Below are positions 28,487 to 37,487 of a stretch of 64,000 nucleotides of DNA, in pieces. A model generated the notes under the pieces. That model ran no database searches, was not told the origin of the DNA, and saw nothing but the letters and a program-made list of their open reading frames with translations. Position numbers and translations under genes: made by a program. Within the stretch, counting starts at the first letter, position 1, and every line of letters starts with the position of its first letter. Source of the DNA: an uncultured Candidatus Saccharibacteria bacterium (lineage in GTDB: Bacteria; Patescibacteriota; Minisyncoccia; Phycocordibacterales; UBA2100); assembly GCA_964623775.1 (NCBI GenBank), contig CAZUVH010000004.1:12280-76279 (forward strand). The letters are read 5' to 3'.

Positions 28487-29239
28487 ATGGACTTTGAGAC
28501 GGAAGTAGGAGCAATTCTCCATCTGCGGGTGGCGACGTGGACAGATCCGCGAGAGCGTGTGCAGATCGGTTTTGCAGCGGAAGTAAGAGACTGCGACTCG
28601 CTGCTTCTCCTCGCGCGCACCCCCGAACAAAAGGCGGAGGATGATCGTCAGATGGAGCGATATTTCGACCCGGACCACGCCCCGATCGACAACTGGTCGC
28701 GCAGACGACGTCCTGATCCCAACTACGGATCGCAGCGCATGTTCCACATCAAAGGGGACCTGCCCGCACCGCTCGTCGAGGGCGATGCCTGGGAGGTTGA
28801 AGTGCTTCAGTGCACCTTCAATCCCTCCGAGCCGCTTACCAAAGGCCGCTACCCGCTGAGAAAAATCCGGTACACGGTGCGGCCGATCAAGCGTGTCGAG
28901 GAGTATTCCCGGAGAATCGATCTCCAAGGTAAGGTCATTGTCGTTGAGCGCCGATGCGGTCTCAATATCGTACGGCAAGAAACCCCGTTCGATGTTCGCA
29001 GGGCACGCTATCGGCTCGACGAAGGCTCCTCGTTCATTGAAGTCGATCAGTTCTTCGCCGACGGGGCTTCGCTCGGTCACTATGAATATCCGTACGGTGG
29101 CGTAGGGACGACGAGCGATCTTTTCCGAGAGCACCAACGGAAGTTCAAGATCACTCCGGACGCTAAGCGTCTGAAACGTGAGATTCGTGAACTTCCTCTT
29201 GCCCCGGAAGACCTGCGCAAGAAATTTGGTTTCGCATAG
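28487..29239 (+). CDS. Hypothetical protein inserted between rplN and rplX
   Basis: SD AGGAGG, 250-aa ORF, own promoter and terminator. Confidence 0.75.
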   Translation: MDFETEVGAILHLRVATWTDPRERVQIGFAAEVRDCDSLLLLARTPEQKAEDDRQMERYFDPDHAPIDNWSRRRRPDPNYGSQRMFHIKGDLPAPLVEGDAWEVEVLQCTFNPSEPLTKGRYPLRKIRYTVRPIKRVEEYSRRIDLQGKVIVVERRCGLNIVRQETPFDVRRARYRLDEGSSFIEVDQFFADGASLGHYEYPYGGVGTTSDLFREHQRKFKITPDAKRLKREIRELPLAPEDLRKKFGFA

Positions 29240-29246
29240 TCTCTAT

Positions 29247-29277
29247 AAGGTCCCGGACTGAAGTCCGGGACCTTTTT
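29247..29277 (+). terminator. Intrinsic terminator
   Basis: AAGGTCCCGGAC-TGAA-GTCCGGGACCTT followed by Ts. Confidence 0.85.
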
Positions 29278-29357
29278 CTTTGGAATATGGTATATATACG
29301 GTGCCTGTTCATACACGAACAGGAATACAAACCGGGTCTAGGACCCAGGAGGATGAA

Positions 29358-29801
29358 ATGAAAAGTCCTGTTCTCAGCATTGATCTTTTGGCGTGGTCGC
29401 GGTCGTTTGGTCATCGAGGTGAGGAAATTGAGACTGCACTTATGGATGAAAAGTTGGCCGCTAAACTCGGCCTTCTCGGAGTTCGCCTGGCCAAGAAGTT
29501 CGATAAGATTCAGCATCGACTGGAGGTGATCAAAATCACTCCACGGATGGGCGGCCAGTGTGGAGGGGGGGTTGGGTCGGTTTCCATCAAGATAGTTCTT
29601 TCAGAATTCCACTTCAGTTCGAAGATCGAGTGCTACACAGACGTGGATCTTGAGAAGATCGATCAGGAGAGTTGGATAGAGCAGACCGCTGAGCGGGTGA
29701 GGAAGTCCGCTATCGAAAAGGCCTGGGAGCTCTCGGAGAAATACAGCTGCGCCCAAAAGGATGTGACACATGTCGCCTCCGTATTAACGTCGGCACCATA
29801 A
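29358..29801 (+). CDS. Hypothetical protein inserted between rplN and rplX
   Basis: SD AGGAGG before ATG 29358; terminator downstream. Confidence 0.65.
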   Translation: MKSPVLSIDLLAWSRSFGHRGEEIETALMDEKLAAKLGLLGVRLAKKFDKIQHRLEVIKITPRMGGQCGGGVGSVSIKIVLSEFHFSSKIECYTDVDLEKIDQESWIEQTAERVRKSAIEKAWELSEKYSCAQKDVTHVASVLTSAP

Positions 29802-29814
29802 AAGGCGCTAAGAA

Positions 29815-29850
29815 GTCCCGGGTCGGCAATGATCCGGGACCTTGTTTTTT
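29815..29850 (+). terminator. Intrinsic terminator related to 29247-29277
   Basis: GTCCCGGGTC...GATCCGGGAC followed by a T-tract. Confidence 0.75.
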
Positions 29851-29934
29851 AATGAATTTGAAGGTATAGTGCCGCGAACATTCAGGGTTTCCAAGTTCGC
29901 GATTTAATCCTCGCGTCTCTGGGTGAAATAATTT

Positions 29935-29976
29935 CCCCGGTAGTACAAATCCTTCGGATTTGACTACGGGGCAGGC
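29935..29976 (-). repeat. REP-like palindrome (GCCTGCCCCGTAG family)
   Basis: Reverse complement GCCTGCCCCGTAGTCAAATCCGAAGGATTTGTACTACCGGGG; related to 57958-57997 and the GIY-YIG flanks. Confidence 0.75.
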
Positions 29977-29991
29977 AAAAATAAAAAATAT

Positions 29992-30303
29992 ATGAAATTA
30001 AAGAAAGGTGACAAAGTTATAGTGATCGCCGGCAAAAGCAAGGGGCAGACCTCGACCATCGTCTATGCATTTCCCAAGAAGAATATGGTCATTTTGGACG
30101 GACTCAACAAGTCCAAGCGTCACCAGCGCCCAACTTCGGCAAGCCGCAAGGGTCAGATCATCGAAAAGGTGATGCCGATCCATGCGTCCAACGTCATGCT
30201 CGTCGATCCCAAGGGTGGCAAGCAGACACGTATCAAGATCTCGCGCACCAAGGAGGGGAATCGCGTCCGTCATGCAGTTAAGAGCGGAGAGCAACTCAAG
30301 TAA
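29992..30303 (+). CDS. rplX: 50S ribosomal protein L24
   Basis: KKGDKVIVIAGK, PIHASNV. Confidence 0.96.
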   Translation: MKLKKGDKVIVIAGKSKGQTSTIVYAFPKKNMVILDGLNKSKRHQRPTSASRKGQIIEKVMPIHASNVMLVDPKGGKQTRIKISRTKEGNRVRHAVKSGEQLK

Positions 30304-30313
30304 AAATTATTAT

Positions 30314-30892
30314 ATGGCAACAGCAACAGCACACGACAAGACATTTGCGGCACTGAAAGAGCAGTTCGGCTACTCCAATGTCATGCAGGCACCGCGCGTC
30401 ACCAAGATTGTCGTCGGGACCGGCGTTGGCTCACTCAAGGATAAAAAGAAGCTTGAGCTCATCGTCGATCGCTTGAAGAAGATCACCGGCCAGGCTCCCG
30501 CAGTACGCGGTGCCAAGAAATCGATCGCGAATTTCAAGATTCGCGCCGGCGATATCTCGGGCTACCAGGTCACGCTTCGCGGCGCACGCATGCAGTCTTT
30601 TCTCGACAAGCTCATCCACATCGTCTTCCCACGCGTAAAGGACTTCCGCGGCATCAAGCCGAGCTCGATCGATGAGATGGGCAACATCTCGATCGGTCTT
30701 AAGGAGCAGATCGTCTTCCCGGAGACTTCCGACGAGGATGCGAAGGACATCTTCGGCGTCGGTATCACAATCGCGACGACTGCCAGGAATAAGAGTGAGG
30801 CAGAGGCATTCTTCCGCCACATCGGTCTTCCACTCAAAGACGCATCGGAAGCAGATGCGAAAGGGAAGCAGACACGCCGTAAAAAGAAATAA
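30314..30892 (+). CDS. rplE: 50S ribosomal protein L5
   Basis: ITGQAP, VTLRG, PRVKDFRG; start at ATG 30314. Confidence 0.96.
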   Translation: MATATAHDKTFAALKEQFGYSNVMQAPRVTKIVVGTGVGSLKDKKKLELIVDRLKKITGQAPAVRGAKKSIANFKIRAGDISGYQVTLRGARMQSFLDKLIHIVFPRVKDFRGIKPSSIDEMGNISIGLKEQIVFPETSDEDAKDIFGVGITIATTARNKSEAEAFFRHIGLPLKDASEADAKGKQTRRKKK

Positions 30893-30906
30893 GCTTCTGC
30901 TGAAGC

Positions 30907-30970
30907 TTTTTGCGTCTTCGCTCGGATGAAATGAATGCGAGTATTCATTTCGGATCCTCGCTAGCCGCAA
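30907..30970 (+). repeat. 64-bp palindromic intergenic element, copy B
   Basis: Homologous to the reverse complement of 14921-14984. Confidence 0.85.
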
Positions 30971-30979
30971 TAATAAAAG

Positions 30980-31005
30980 AAACGACCACCGCGAGGTGGT
31001 CGTTT
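30980..31005. repeat. 26-bp palindrome/terminator, copy 1
   Basis: AAACGACCACCGCGAGGTGGTCGTTT; 23/26 identical to 31469-31494. Confidence 0.8.
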
Positions 31006-31008
31006 TCG

Positions 31009-31407
31009 TTAATGAGCGAGCTGCGAGACCCATTTCAAGATCTTTATTTCGTCCTTCGACAGATGGCTGAAGGTGGTAAGCACCCATGCCGCGTATTTGT
31101 GCTGCTCATCGGTGAGCCACGTCGAAAGGAGGGCACGATGCCACCATTGAATACGGGGCGCATATCGGATCGCGCACAGCGCCCACCACGGATTCTCGGA
31201 TTCTTCGATGGCAATAGTGACCTGATCCACTCCAATCTCTTCGCAGGCGCTGATGATCGCACGGCCGACGCTAGCCTTGTTTGCGCGGATGAGCGCGGCG
31301 GTTTTCTTCGCGCCGTATTTCATTGCCAGCGCGTAGCCAGCACGCTGCTCATCGGTCATCCGATGTCGAATCATCGGAAAATTTGTACGATGCTTTGGGG
31401 CGGGCAT
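31009..31407 (-). CDS. Hypothetical protein inserted between rplE and rpsN
   Basis: 132-aa ORF ending next to palindrome copy 1. Confidence 0.6.
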   Translation of the reverse strand: MPAPKHRTNFPMIRHRMTDEQRAGYALAMKYGAKKTAALIRANKASVGRAIISACEEIGVDQVTIAIEESENPWWALCAIRYAPRIQWWHRALLSTWLTDEQHKYAAWVLTTFSHLSKDEIKILKWVSQLAH

Positions 31408-31468
31408 AACTCAGTCCCTTCGTTCAATCTCAGGTCACACTATCTGCAATTCATCTGGAGCACAAGAA

Positions 31469-31494
31469 AAACGACCACTGCGAAGCGGTCGTTT
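31469..31494. repeat. 26-bp palindrome/terminator, copy 2
   Basis: AAACGACCACTGCGAAGCGGTCGTTT. Confidence 0.8.
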
Positions 31495-31503
31495 GTTTGA
31501 AGA

Positions 31504-31881
31504 TCACTGATCCCAGATGGCGAGCACGATTCGTTCTTCGCAGTGCGGGCACTTGAAGGGGAATGCCGCGTAGTACCCAGGCTCTTCATCAAGCTCTTTT
31601 CGCTTGATTCGTGCAAGCTCCTTCGATTTTTCATCCGTGCCCGCGATCATCTCACAAACATGTTTTGGACAAACAGGAGCGCGGAACCGCTGCGTCTTGT
31701 CCAAGTCGCATTCGCTGCATTTTAACGTGACCTCGGTCGAAGGCGAGTCACAGCGTGACGGAATATGTTGTGAGACGAACGTCATTTTGTGTGCGCAACC
31801 TGCTTGTAATCGCGCGACCTCCGCCTGTCTCGCCGAAATTTCGCTGCGGATGGTATTGATTCTCTGCAAAGTGGTGCTCAT
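31504..31881 (-). CDS. Hypothetical zinc-ribbon protein
   Basis: CxH, CSEC, CPKH, CPHC motifs; SD AAGGAG. Confidence 0.7.
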   Translation of the reverse strand: MSTTLQRINTIRSEISARQAEVARLQAGCAHKMTFVSQHIPSRCDSPSTEVTLKCSECDLDKTQRFRAPVCPKHVCEMIAGTDEKSKELARIKRKELDEEPGYYAAFPFKCPHCEERIVLAIWDQ

Positions 31882-31952
31882 GATCGCTACTCCTTATGAC
31901 CGCTGGCCACACTGTAATCAAAGGGAGGGGATTGTCCAGAAAATGGGGCTGT

Positions 31953-31981
31953 TTGACTTCCGTGGTCGCATCGCGTATATT
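31953..31981 (+). promoter_or_regulatory. Internal promoter upstream of the rpsN leader
   Basis: TTGACT-17 nt-TATATT. Confidence 0.65.
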
Positions 31982-32235
31982 TCCTAAGCCTCGTAGGGGG
32001 CTTCTGTTTCCGGGCAAGTCCAAAGAATTATCTAGGGATACTGCCAGAAACCAGGGAGCCACTCGGGAGTCTCGATAACCCAGCCTCGTAAGAGAGGGTG
32101 CACGGACCCCAAAACCTCCTAGGCGTCGTAGAAAACTAAGAAGCTAGCGAACTTAGTTTTCACGATCCAGCACCTTTCGAGAAAGGTGCTGGATGAAGAG
32201 CTTCTAAGCTCATAAATTCGCTAAGAATCTCTAAC

Positions 32236-32421
32236 ATGGCAAAGAAATCAATGATTATTAAGGCTAATCGAAAGCCGAAATTCTCAAGTCGCACCGTGCG
32301 TCGCTGCTTCAAGTGCGGACGCCCGCGCGGTTTTATGCGTGATTTTAATCTCTGCCGCATCTGCTTCCGCGAGGAGGCTCTCGAAGGAAATATTCCTGGA
32401 ATTAAGAAATCTTCATGGTAA
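32236..32421 (+). CDS. rpsN: 30S ribosomal protein S14 (Zn-binding type Z)
   Basis: [21 protein letters not shown]. Confidence 0.97.
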   Translation: MAKKSMIIKANRKPKFSSRTVRRCFKCGRPRGFMRDFNLCRICFREEALEGNIPGIKKSSW

Positions 32422-32810
32422 ACGATCCTGTCGGTGACTTCATAGTGCGCCTCACCAATGCGGGGGCGATCAAGAAGGCCAATGTGTCCGTGCCTTTTTC
32501 CGCTTTCAAGATGGCAATCGCCGAGAAGTTGAAAGACGCCGGCTTTGTCGCCAACATCGAGAAGAAGGGTAAGAAGGTGAAGAAAACCCTCGATGTCACA
32601 CTCAAGTACGGTCCTGAGGGCATGCATGTCATAAATGGCGTGAAGCGCATCTCAAAGCCGGGCCGCCGCATGTACAAGTCGGTTCTCGAAATCAATCCTG
32701 TCCGCTACGGTAAGGGCGCTCTCATCCTCTCGACTCCCAAGGGCATCAAGACCGACAGGGAGGCGAAGAAAGAGAACGTCGGTGGCGAAGCTTTGTTTGA
32801 AATTTGGTAA
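32415..32810 (+). CDS. rpsH: 30S ribosomal protein S8
   Basis: [16 protein letters not shown]. Confidence 0.97.
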   Translation: MVNDPVGDFIVRLTNAGAIKKANVSVPFSAFKMAIAEKLKDAGFVANIEKKGKKVKKTLDVTLKYGPEGMHVINGVKRISKPGRRMYKSVLEINPVRYGKGALILSTPKGIKTDREAKKENVGGEALFEIW

Positions 32811-32816
32811 ATATAT

Positions 32817-33362
32817 ATGTCACGCACTGGAAAAAGAGATATACCCGTTCCTGCAGGCACCGACGTCTCGGTGGCTTCTCATGTGCTCACCGTCAAAGGT
32901 AAGGGCGGTACGCTCAAGAAGGATGTGCACCCGGCGATTTCCATCCTCGTTGATAAGGGAATCGTGAAGGTGGAGCCTGCCAACAAGAGCCGCCTCGCAA
33001 AGGCGCTCTGGGGCACGTATGCAGCGCACGTGCGCAACATGATCGCGGGCGTCAATACACCGTTTGTGAAGAAGCTTCAGGTAGAAGGCATCGGCTATCG
33101 CGCGGAGCTCTCGGGCAAGCAGATCAAATTTGCACTCGGTTTTTCGCACCCGATCCTGATGGCTATCCCAGAAGGTCTTACGGTTGCAATCGAAAAGAAC
33201 ATCATCAGCGTCTCTGGCGCCGACAAGGAGGCAGTGGGTCAATTTGCCGCCAACATCCGCTCACTCAAGAAGCCGGAGCCGTACAAGGGCAAGGGAATTA
33301 GGTATGAAGGCGAAGTCGTACGCCAGAAGGCCGGTAAGAAAGCAGCTACAGCAGCCGCATAA
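32817..33362 (+). CDS. rplF: 50S ribosomal protein L6
   Basis: LGFSHP, PEPYKGKGIRY. Confidence 0.97.
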   Translation: MSRTGKRDIPVPAGTDVSVASHVLTVKGKGGTLKKDVHPAISILVDKGIVKVEPANKSRLAKALWGTYAAHVRNMIAGVNTPFVKKLQVEGIGYRAELSGKQIKFALGFSHPILMAIPEGLTVAIEKNIISVSGADKEAVGQFAANIRSLKKPEPYKGKGIRYEGEVVRQKAGKKAATAAA

Positions 33363-33371
33363 GCATAATGT

Positions 33372-33719
33372 ATGGCAACAACTAACCGACAACAGAAGAG
33401 AACAACGAGACACACACGCGTGCGCGCGAAGGTCATTGGCACGCCGGAGCGCCCGCGCCTTTCGGTATACAAGTCCAACACGCGCCTCATCGCGCAGATC
33501 ATTGATGATTCTGCAGGTAAGACGCTCGTCGCTGTATCTTCTGGTACTGAAAAAGGAAAGACTCCACGAGAGAGAGCAGAGCAAGCAGCTGGCTCGATCG
33601 CAAAACTCGCCACCACAAAAGGGATCAAGGCAGTGGTCTTTGATCGCGGCGGATTCCAGTACGTGGGGACCATCAAGGCTTTTGCTGATGCGGCACGCGC
33701 TGCAGGATTAGAATTTTAA
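33372..33719 (+). CDS. rplR: 50S ribosomal protein L18
   Basis: RPRLSV, VVFDRGG. Confidence 0.97.
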   Translation: MATTNRQQKRTTRHTRVRAKVIGTPERPRLSVYKSNTRLIAQIIDDSAGKTLVAVSSGTEKGKTPRERAEQAAGSIAKLATTKGIKAVVFDRGGFQYVGTIKAFADAARAAGLEF

Positions 33720-33727
33720 TTTGATAT

Positions 33728-34348
33728 ATGGCTGACGAAAAAAACATAAACGAAAACGCAGTAGTGCCACCGCAGGATGTTGTGGTGAGTGAAGAGCCGC
33801 GCGCATCCGAGAAGCGCCCGTTTGCAGGTCGCGGAGGTGGCGATCGACGAGGGTCACGTGGCGGACGCCCGGGCGGTGATCGCCGCGGAGGCAATCGCCC
33901 CGATCGCGAGCGTTCTGAATTTGCACAGAAGCTGATCGGTATTCGCCGTGTGGCACGCGTCATGGCAGGTGGCCGCCGCTTCAATTTCTCTGCGGCGATC
34001 GTCATTGGCGACAAGAAGGGTCGCGTAGGCGTGGGCTTGGGTAAAGCAGCCGACACGCAGCTTGCGATCGAAAAGGCGACCCGCCATGCCAAGAAAAACA
34101 TGATCTCGGTCAATCTCACCAAGAACCGCAGCATCCGTCACAACATTGAGGCAAAATATTGCGCATCGGTGATTCAGATCCGACCTTCAGCAGGCCGCGG
34201 ACTCGTAGCCGGCTCGTCCGTGCGCACCGTCCTTGAGCTCGCTGGCATCTCCGACGTCACTGCAAAGCTCATGTCTCGCAGCAAGAATCCCGTCAACAAC
34301 GCGCGCGCTGCAATCGAGGCACTCCGCGCGGTGGTAATAAAGAAATAA
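33728..34348 (+). CDS. rpsE: 30S ribosomal protein S5
   Basis: GGRRFNFSA, GRVGVGLGKA, VLELAG. Confidence 0.97.
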   Translation: MADEKNINENAVVPPQDVVVSEEPRASEKRPFAGRGGGDRRGSRGGRPGGDRRGGNRPDRERSEFAQKLIGIRRVARVMAGGRRFNFSAAIVIGDKKGRVGVGLGKAADTQLAIEKATRHAKKNMISVNLTKNRSIRHNIEAKYCASVIQIRPSAGRGLVAGSSVRTVLELAGISDVTAKLMSRSKNPVNNARAAIEALRAVVIKK

Positions 34349-34349
34349 T

Positions 34350-34916
34350 ATGACAACAGGACTTCACACACTCGTACGCACAGGGAAGCGCCCGTATCGC
34401 CGTGTAGGCCGTGGGCAGTCTTCGACGCGCGGCAAGCAATCCGGTCGCGGCGGCAAGGGCCAGACAGCACGTGCCGGTAACAAGCGACGCCCTGAAATGC
34501 GCGACATCATCAAGAAACTTCCAAAGCGCCGTGGCTACGGCAAGAACCGCGGCCGCAGCGTGGACGGCACGATCCCAGATGCGATCGCACTTTCAGTCGA
34601 GCGCCTCTCACATTTGTTTGAAAATGGATCGGAGGTGACCATGAAATCGCTCGCGGCAGCAGGCGTCACACATGCGCGCAAGATGACCCCGGTCAAGATC
34701 GTCGGTGGCGGTGATATGACCAAGAAGCTCACAGTGAGCGGTGTCGCCGTATCGGCCTCGGCTCGCGCAGCGATCGAGAAGGCTGGCGGTGCTGTCGTTG
34801 ATTTCGTATCAGCAGCGCAGGCGCAGGGCGCACGCATCAAGAAGAGTAAGGTGGTAAACAAGGCCGCTTCAGATGAAAATAAGAAAGCCAATCCAAAAGA
34901 AGCTAAGAAGTCATAA
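34350..34916 (+). CDS. rplO: 50S ribosomal protein L15
   Basis: RVGRG, GRGGKGQTARAG, AIEKAGG. Directly follows rpsE with no rpmD. Confidence 0.96.
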   Translation: MTTGLHTLVRTGKRPYRRVGRGQSSTRGKQSGRGGKGQTARAGNKRRPEMRDIIKKLPKRRGYGKNRGRSVDGTIPDAIALSVERLSHLFENGSEVTMKSLAAAGVTHARKMTPVKIVGGGDMTKKLTVSGVAVSASARAAIEKAGGAVVDFVSAAQAQGARIKKSKVVNKAASDENKKANPKEAKKS

Positions 34917-34921
34917 GGCAT

Positions 34922-36196
34922 ATGTGGGACGCATTTCTTCGTAAAGTAAAGCTCGTCTTCGAAGACGAGACTTTGCGCACGCGCATACTTTTCACACTCG
35001 GCGCACTCGCGGTCTTCCGCCTCCTCGCAGCTATTCCGATTCCGGGTATCAATGCCGCGCAGCTCGAGCAATTTCTCGGCAACAACCAGTTCTTGGGTCT
35101 TCTCAACATTTTCTCCGGAGGAGGATTCAGTAATCTCTCGATCGTGATGCTCGGCGTCGGCCCGTACATCACCGCATCGATCGTCATGCAGCTCATGACG
35201 ATTCTCGTCCCGAGACTCAAGGAGATCTACCAGGAGGAAGGGGATGCAGGCCGCCAGCGATTCATGCAGTACTCGCGCTACCTCACCGTACCGCTCGCCT
35301 TTATCCAGGCGTTCGGATTCCTTCTCTTGCTCCGTCAAAACGGTATCGTCCCTGAGCTCAATCTCATGGGCACGCTCGTCAATGTGTGCGTGATCGCTGC
35401 CGGCTCGATGCTCCTCATGTGGCTCGGCGAGATCATCACCGAGTTTGGCGTGGGCAACGGCGTCTCGCTCATCATCTTCGCGGGCATCGTCGCGGTTATC
35501 CCGAGCAGCATCTCGCAGTTTGTCTTCTCATTTGATCCGACACAGCTCCCCGCGTACATCGCATTCTTCGCAGTCGGAGTCGTCATCATCTCGGGTGTCG
35601 TCTACATCTCCGAGGCTGAGCGCCCGATTCCGGTGACCTATGCACGCCGCGTACGCGGCATGAAGGTCTTGGGTGGTGTATCTACCTATTTGCCGCTGCG
35701 CATCAATCAGGCGGGCGTCATGCCGATCATCTTTGCGCTCTCGATCCTCCTTTTCCCGCAAATGATCGCGACCTTCCTCAGCAAGAGTGCGATTGCGGCA
35801 GTCGCATCCGCTGCGCAGATAGTCGTCAGTGCACTCGCCAATCAGTGGGTGTACGGCATCATGTACTTCTTCCTCGTATTCATCTTCACGTACTTCTACA
35901 CAGCCATCACCTTCGAGCCGCACCAGGTCGCGAAGAATCTCCAGAAAAATGGCGCCTTCATCCCCGGTGTACGCCCTGGTGAGACGACCGCCACATATCT
36001 CGGTAATATCATCACACGCATCACCCTCGTGGGCGCGCTCTTCCTTGGTATACTCGCCGTCTTGCCGCTTATCTTGCAGGGTCTCACTGGTATCACCGCG
36101 ATCTCAATCGGCGGTACCGCACTTCTCATCGTCGTCTCCGTAGTCCTCGACGTCGTCAAAAAGATCGACGCACAAACTTCTATCAGAGAGTATTAA
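34922..36196 (+). CDS. secY: Preprotein translocase subunit SecY
   Basis: LGVGPYITASI, GVGNGVSL, AGVMPIIFA, IPGVRPG. Confidence 0.98.
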   Translation: MWDAFLRKVKLVFEDETLRTRILFTLGALAVFRLLAAIPIPGINAAQLEQFLGNNQFLGLLNIFSGGGFSNLSIVMLGVGPYITASIVMQLMTILVPRLKEIYQEEGDAGRQRFMQYSRYLTVPLAFIQAFGFLLLLRQNGIVPELNLMGTLVNVCVIAAGSMLLMWLGEIITEFGVGNGVSLIIFAGIVAVIPSSISQFVFSFDPTQLPAYIAFFAVGVVIISGVVYISEAERPIPVTYARRVRGMKVLGGVSTYLPLRINQAGVMPIIFALSILLFPQMIATFLSKSAIAAVASAAQIVVSALANQWVYGIMYFFLVFIFTYFYTAITFEPHQVAKNLQKNGAFIPGVRPGETTATYLGNIITRITLVGALFLGILAVLPLILQGLTGITAISIGGTALLIVVSVVLDVVKKIDAQTSIREY

Positions 36197-36208
36197 AACC
36201 ACCAAAAC

Positions 36209-36237
36209 AAAAAAGGCCCGCGACGCGGGCCTTTTTT
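36209..36237. terminator. Bidirectional terminator
   Basis: A6-GGCCCGCG/CGCGGGCC-T6 between convergent genes. Confidence 0.85.
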
Positions 36238-36238
36238 G

Positions 36239-36823
36239 TTATTTGGTCAGCCACTCCTGGTACGCTTTTGTGATGATTTGTACGACTTCGACGAGCGGGT
36301 GCTGTGTCGTGTCGACAACGAGATCGTACTGCGATTCGTCGACATAGCTCACTCCGTAGAGTTGCTTGTAGCGCATATTTTCGCTCTGCATGCGGGCGAG
36401 TGTAGCCTCGTACGCGTGTTCTACCGATTCTGCCGTCTCGTTCACGCGGCCGACTTTTTGCATTTGTTCGAAAATACGCTGAGAGGCTGTGTGCGGATCA
36501 ATGCGGAGAAATACTTTGAATGCATCGGGAATCCAGTGGAAGGCGAGACGGGAGTCGATGACTATTTTTGTCCGCTCCCCAGCTTTGCGCACGGCGTCGT
36601 CGATCATTTTGTCGATTGATGGATCGGTCTCGGCCTTCTTACTGAGCTCGGCCATCGTGAATCCGAGATGCACCGCCGTCTCTCGCCAGAAATCGCCGCT
36701 TGAAAAATGCTGATAGCCGAGCATGTGCGCAACACCTTTGGCGGTCGAGGATTTACCGCTCCCGGGAAGTCCGCCGATCGTGATCAGCTCTTTCTTATCG
36801 TGATTTTTGTCGAACGAATTCAT
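36239..36823 (-). CDS. cmk: Cytidylate kinase, archaeal-type
   Basis: ITIGGLPGSGKSS, SSGDFWRE, IDSRLAFH, RYKQLYG, YDLVVDT. Confidence 0.8.
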   Translation of the reverse strand: MNSFDKNHDKKELITIGGLPGSGKSSTAKGVAHMLGYQHFSSGDFWRETAVHLGFTMAELSKKAETDPSIDKMIDDAVRKAGERTKIVIDSRLAFHWIPDAFKVFLRIDPHTASQRIFEQMQKVGRVNETAESVEHAYEATLARMQSENMRYKQLYGVSYVDESQYDLVVDTTQHPLVEVVQIITKAYQEWLTK

Positions 36824-36890
36824 GTAAAGGCACATAATAGCACGCAAAATTTTGGTAATAATTAAAGATGCGTGTATACTCTAGGCACTC

Positions 36891-37487
36891 ATGCAACCAG
36901 TCACCGTCGCTTTCTTCGGCATATCCGGCGCTGGCAAAGGTACTCAGGCCGAACTTCTCGAAAAATTTCTCAAGCAGGAAGATCCGACAAGACCCATCAT
37001 CCACCCCGAAATGGGGGATTTACTCCGCGCCTTCATCAAGGGCGGTTCACCCTTTGCGTCCAAGATCGGCGAGATCGTCATGAGTGGTGGTCTCGTGCCG
37101 TCGTTCATGCCGATCCATTTGCTCGTGAAGACACTTGAAGAGAATTTTAACGGCTCGCAGCACCTCATACTCGATGGTACCTGCCGTCGCCCCGACCAGT
37201 CGCGCGCAGCCAACGACATCGTGCGACTCTGGGGCAGGACCAAGCTCGATGCACTCGTATTTACGCTCTCAAAAGAGACGGCGAAGAAGCGCCTCGCAGG
37301 AAGGGGAAGGCCGGATGATGTGACCGAAGCGGCGGTTGAAAGTCGTTTCAAGTGGTTTGAGGAACAGGTGTTGCCATCAGTGGAGGAGCTCAGGAAGCTC
37401 GGGTGGGCTATTCATATTATTGACGGGGAGCCCGACATCGACACTATTCACAAAAACATACTTTCAGTGCTAGGATTGGCGGGATGA
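36891..37487 (+). CDS. adk: Adenylate kinase family protein
   Basis: GISGAGKGTQA, MGDLLR, GGLVP, GRPDD. Confidence 0.88.
   Translation: MQPVTVAFFGISGAGKGTQAELLEKFLKQEDPTRPIIHPEMGDLLRAFIKGGSPFASKIGEIVMSGGLVPSFMPIHLLVKTLEENFNGSQHLILDGTCRRPDQSRAANDIVRLWGRTKLDALVFTLSKETAKKRLAGRGRPDDVTEAAVESRFKWFEEQVLPSVEELRKLGWAIHIIDGEPDIDTIHKNILSVLGLAG

Noticed and set aside
28394-31881. Classical integron
   Set aside because: No IntI in the window, and the palindromes are short and lack clear attC R/L box architecture.
31988-32235. RNase P or SRP RNA
   Set aside because: Lacks the GAGGAAAGUCC/ACAGAA P4 elements and the SRP GGAAGCAG motif.
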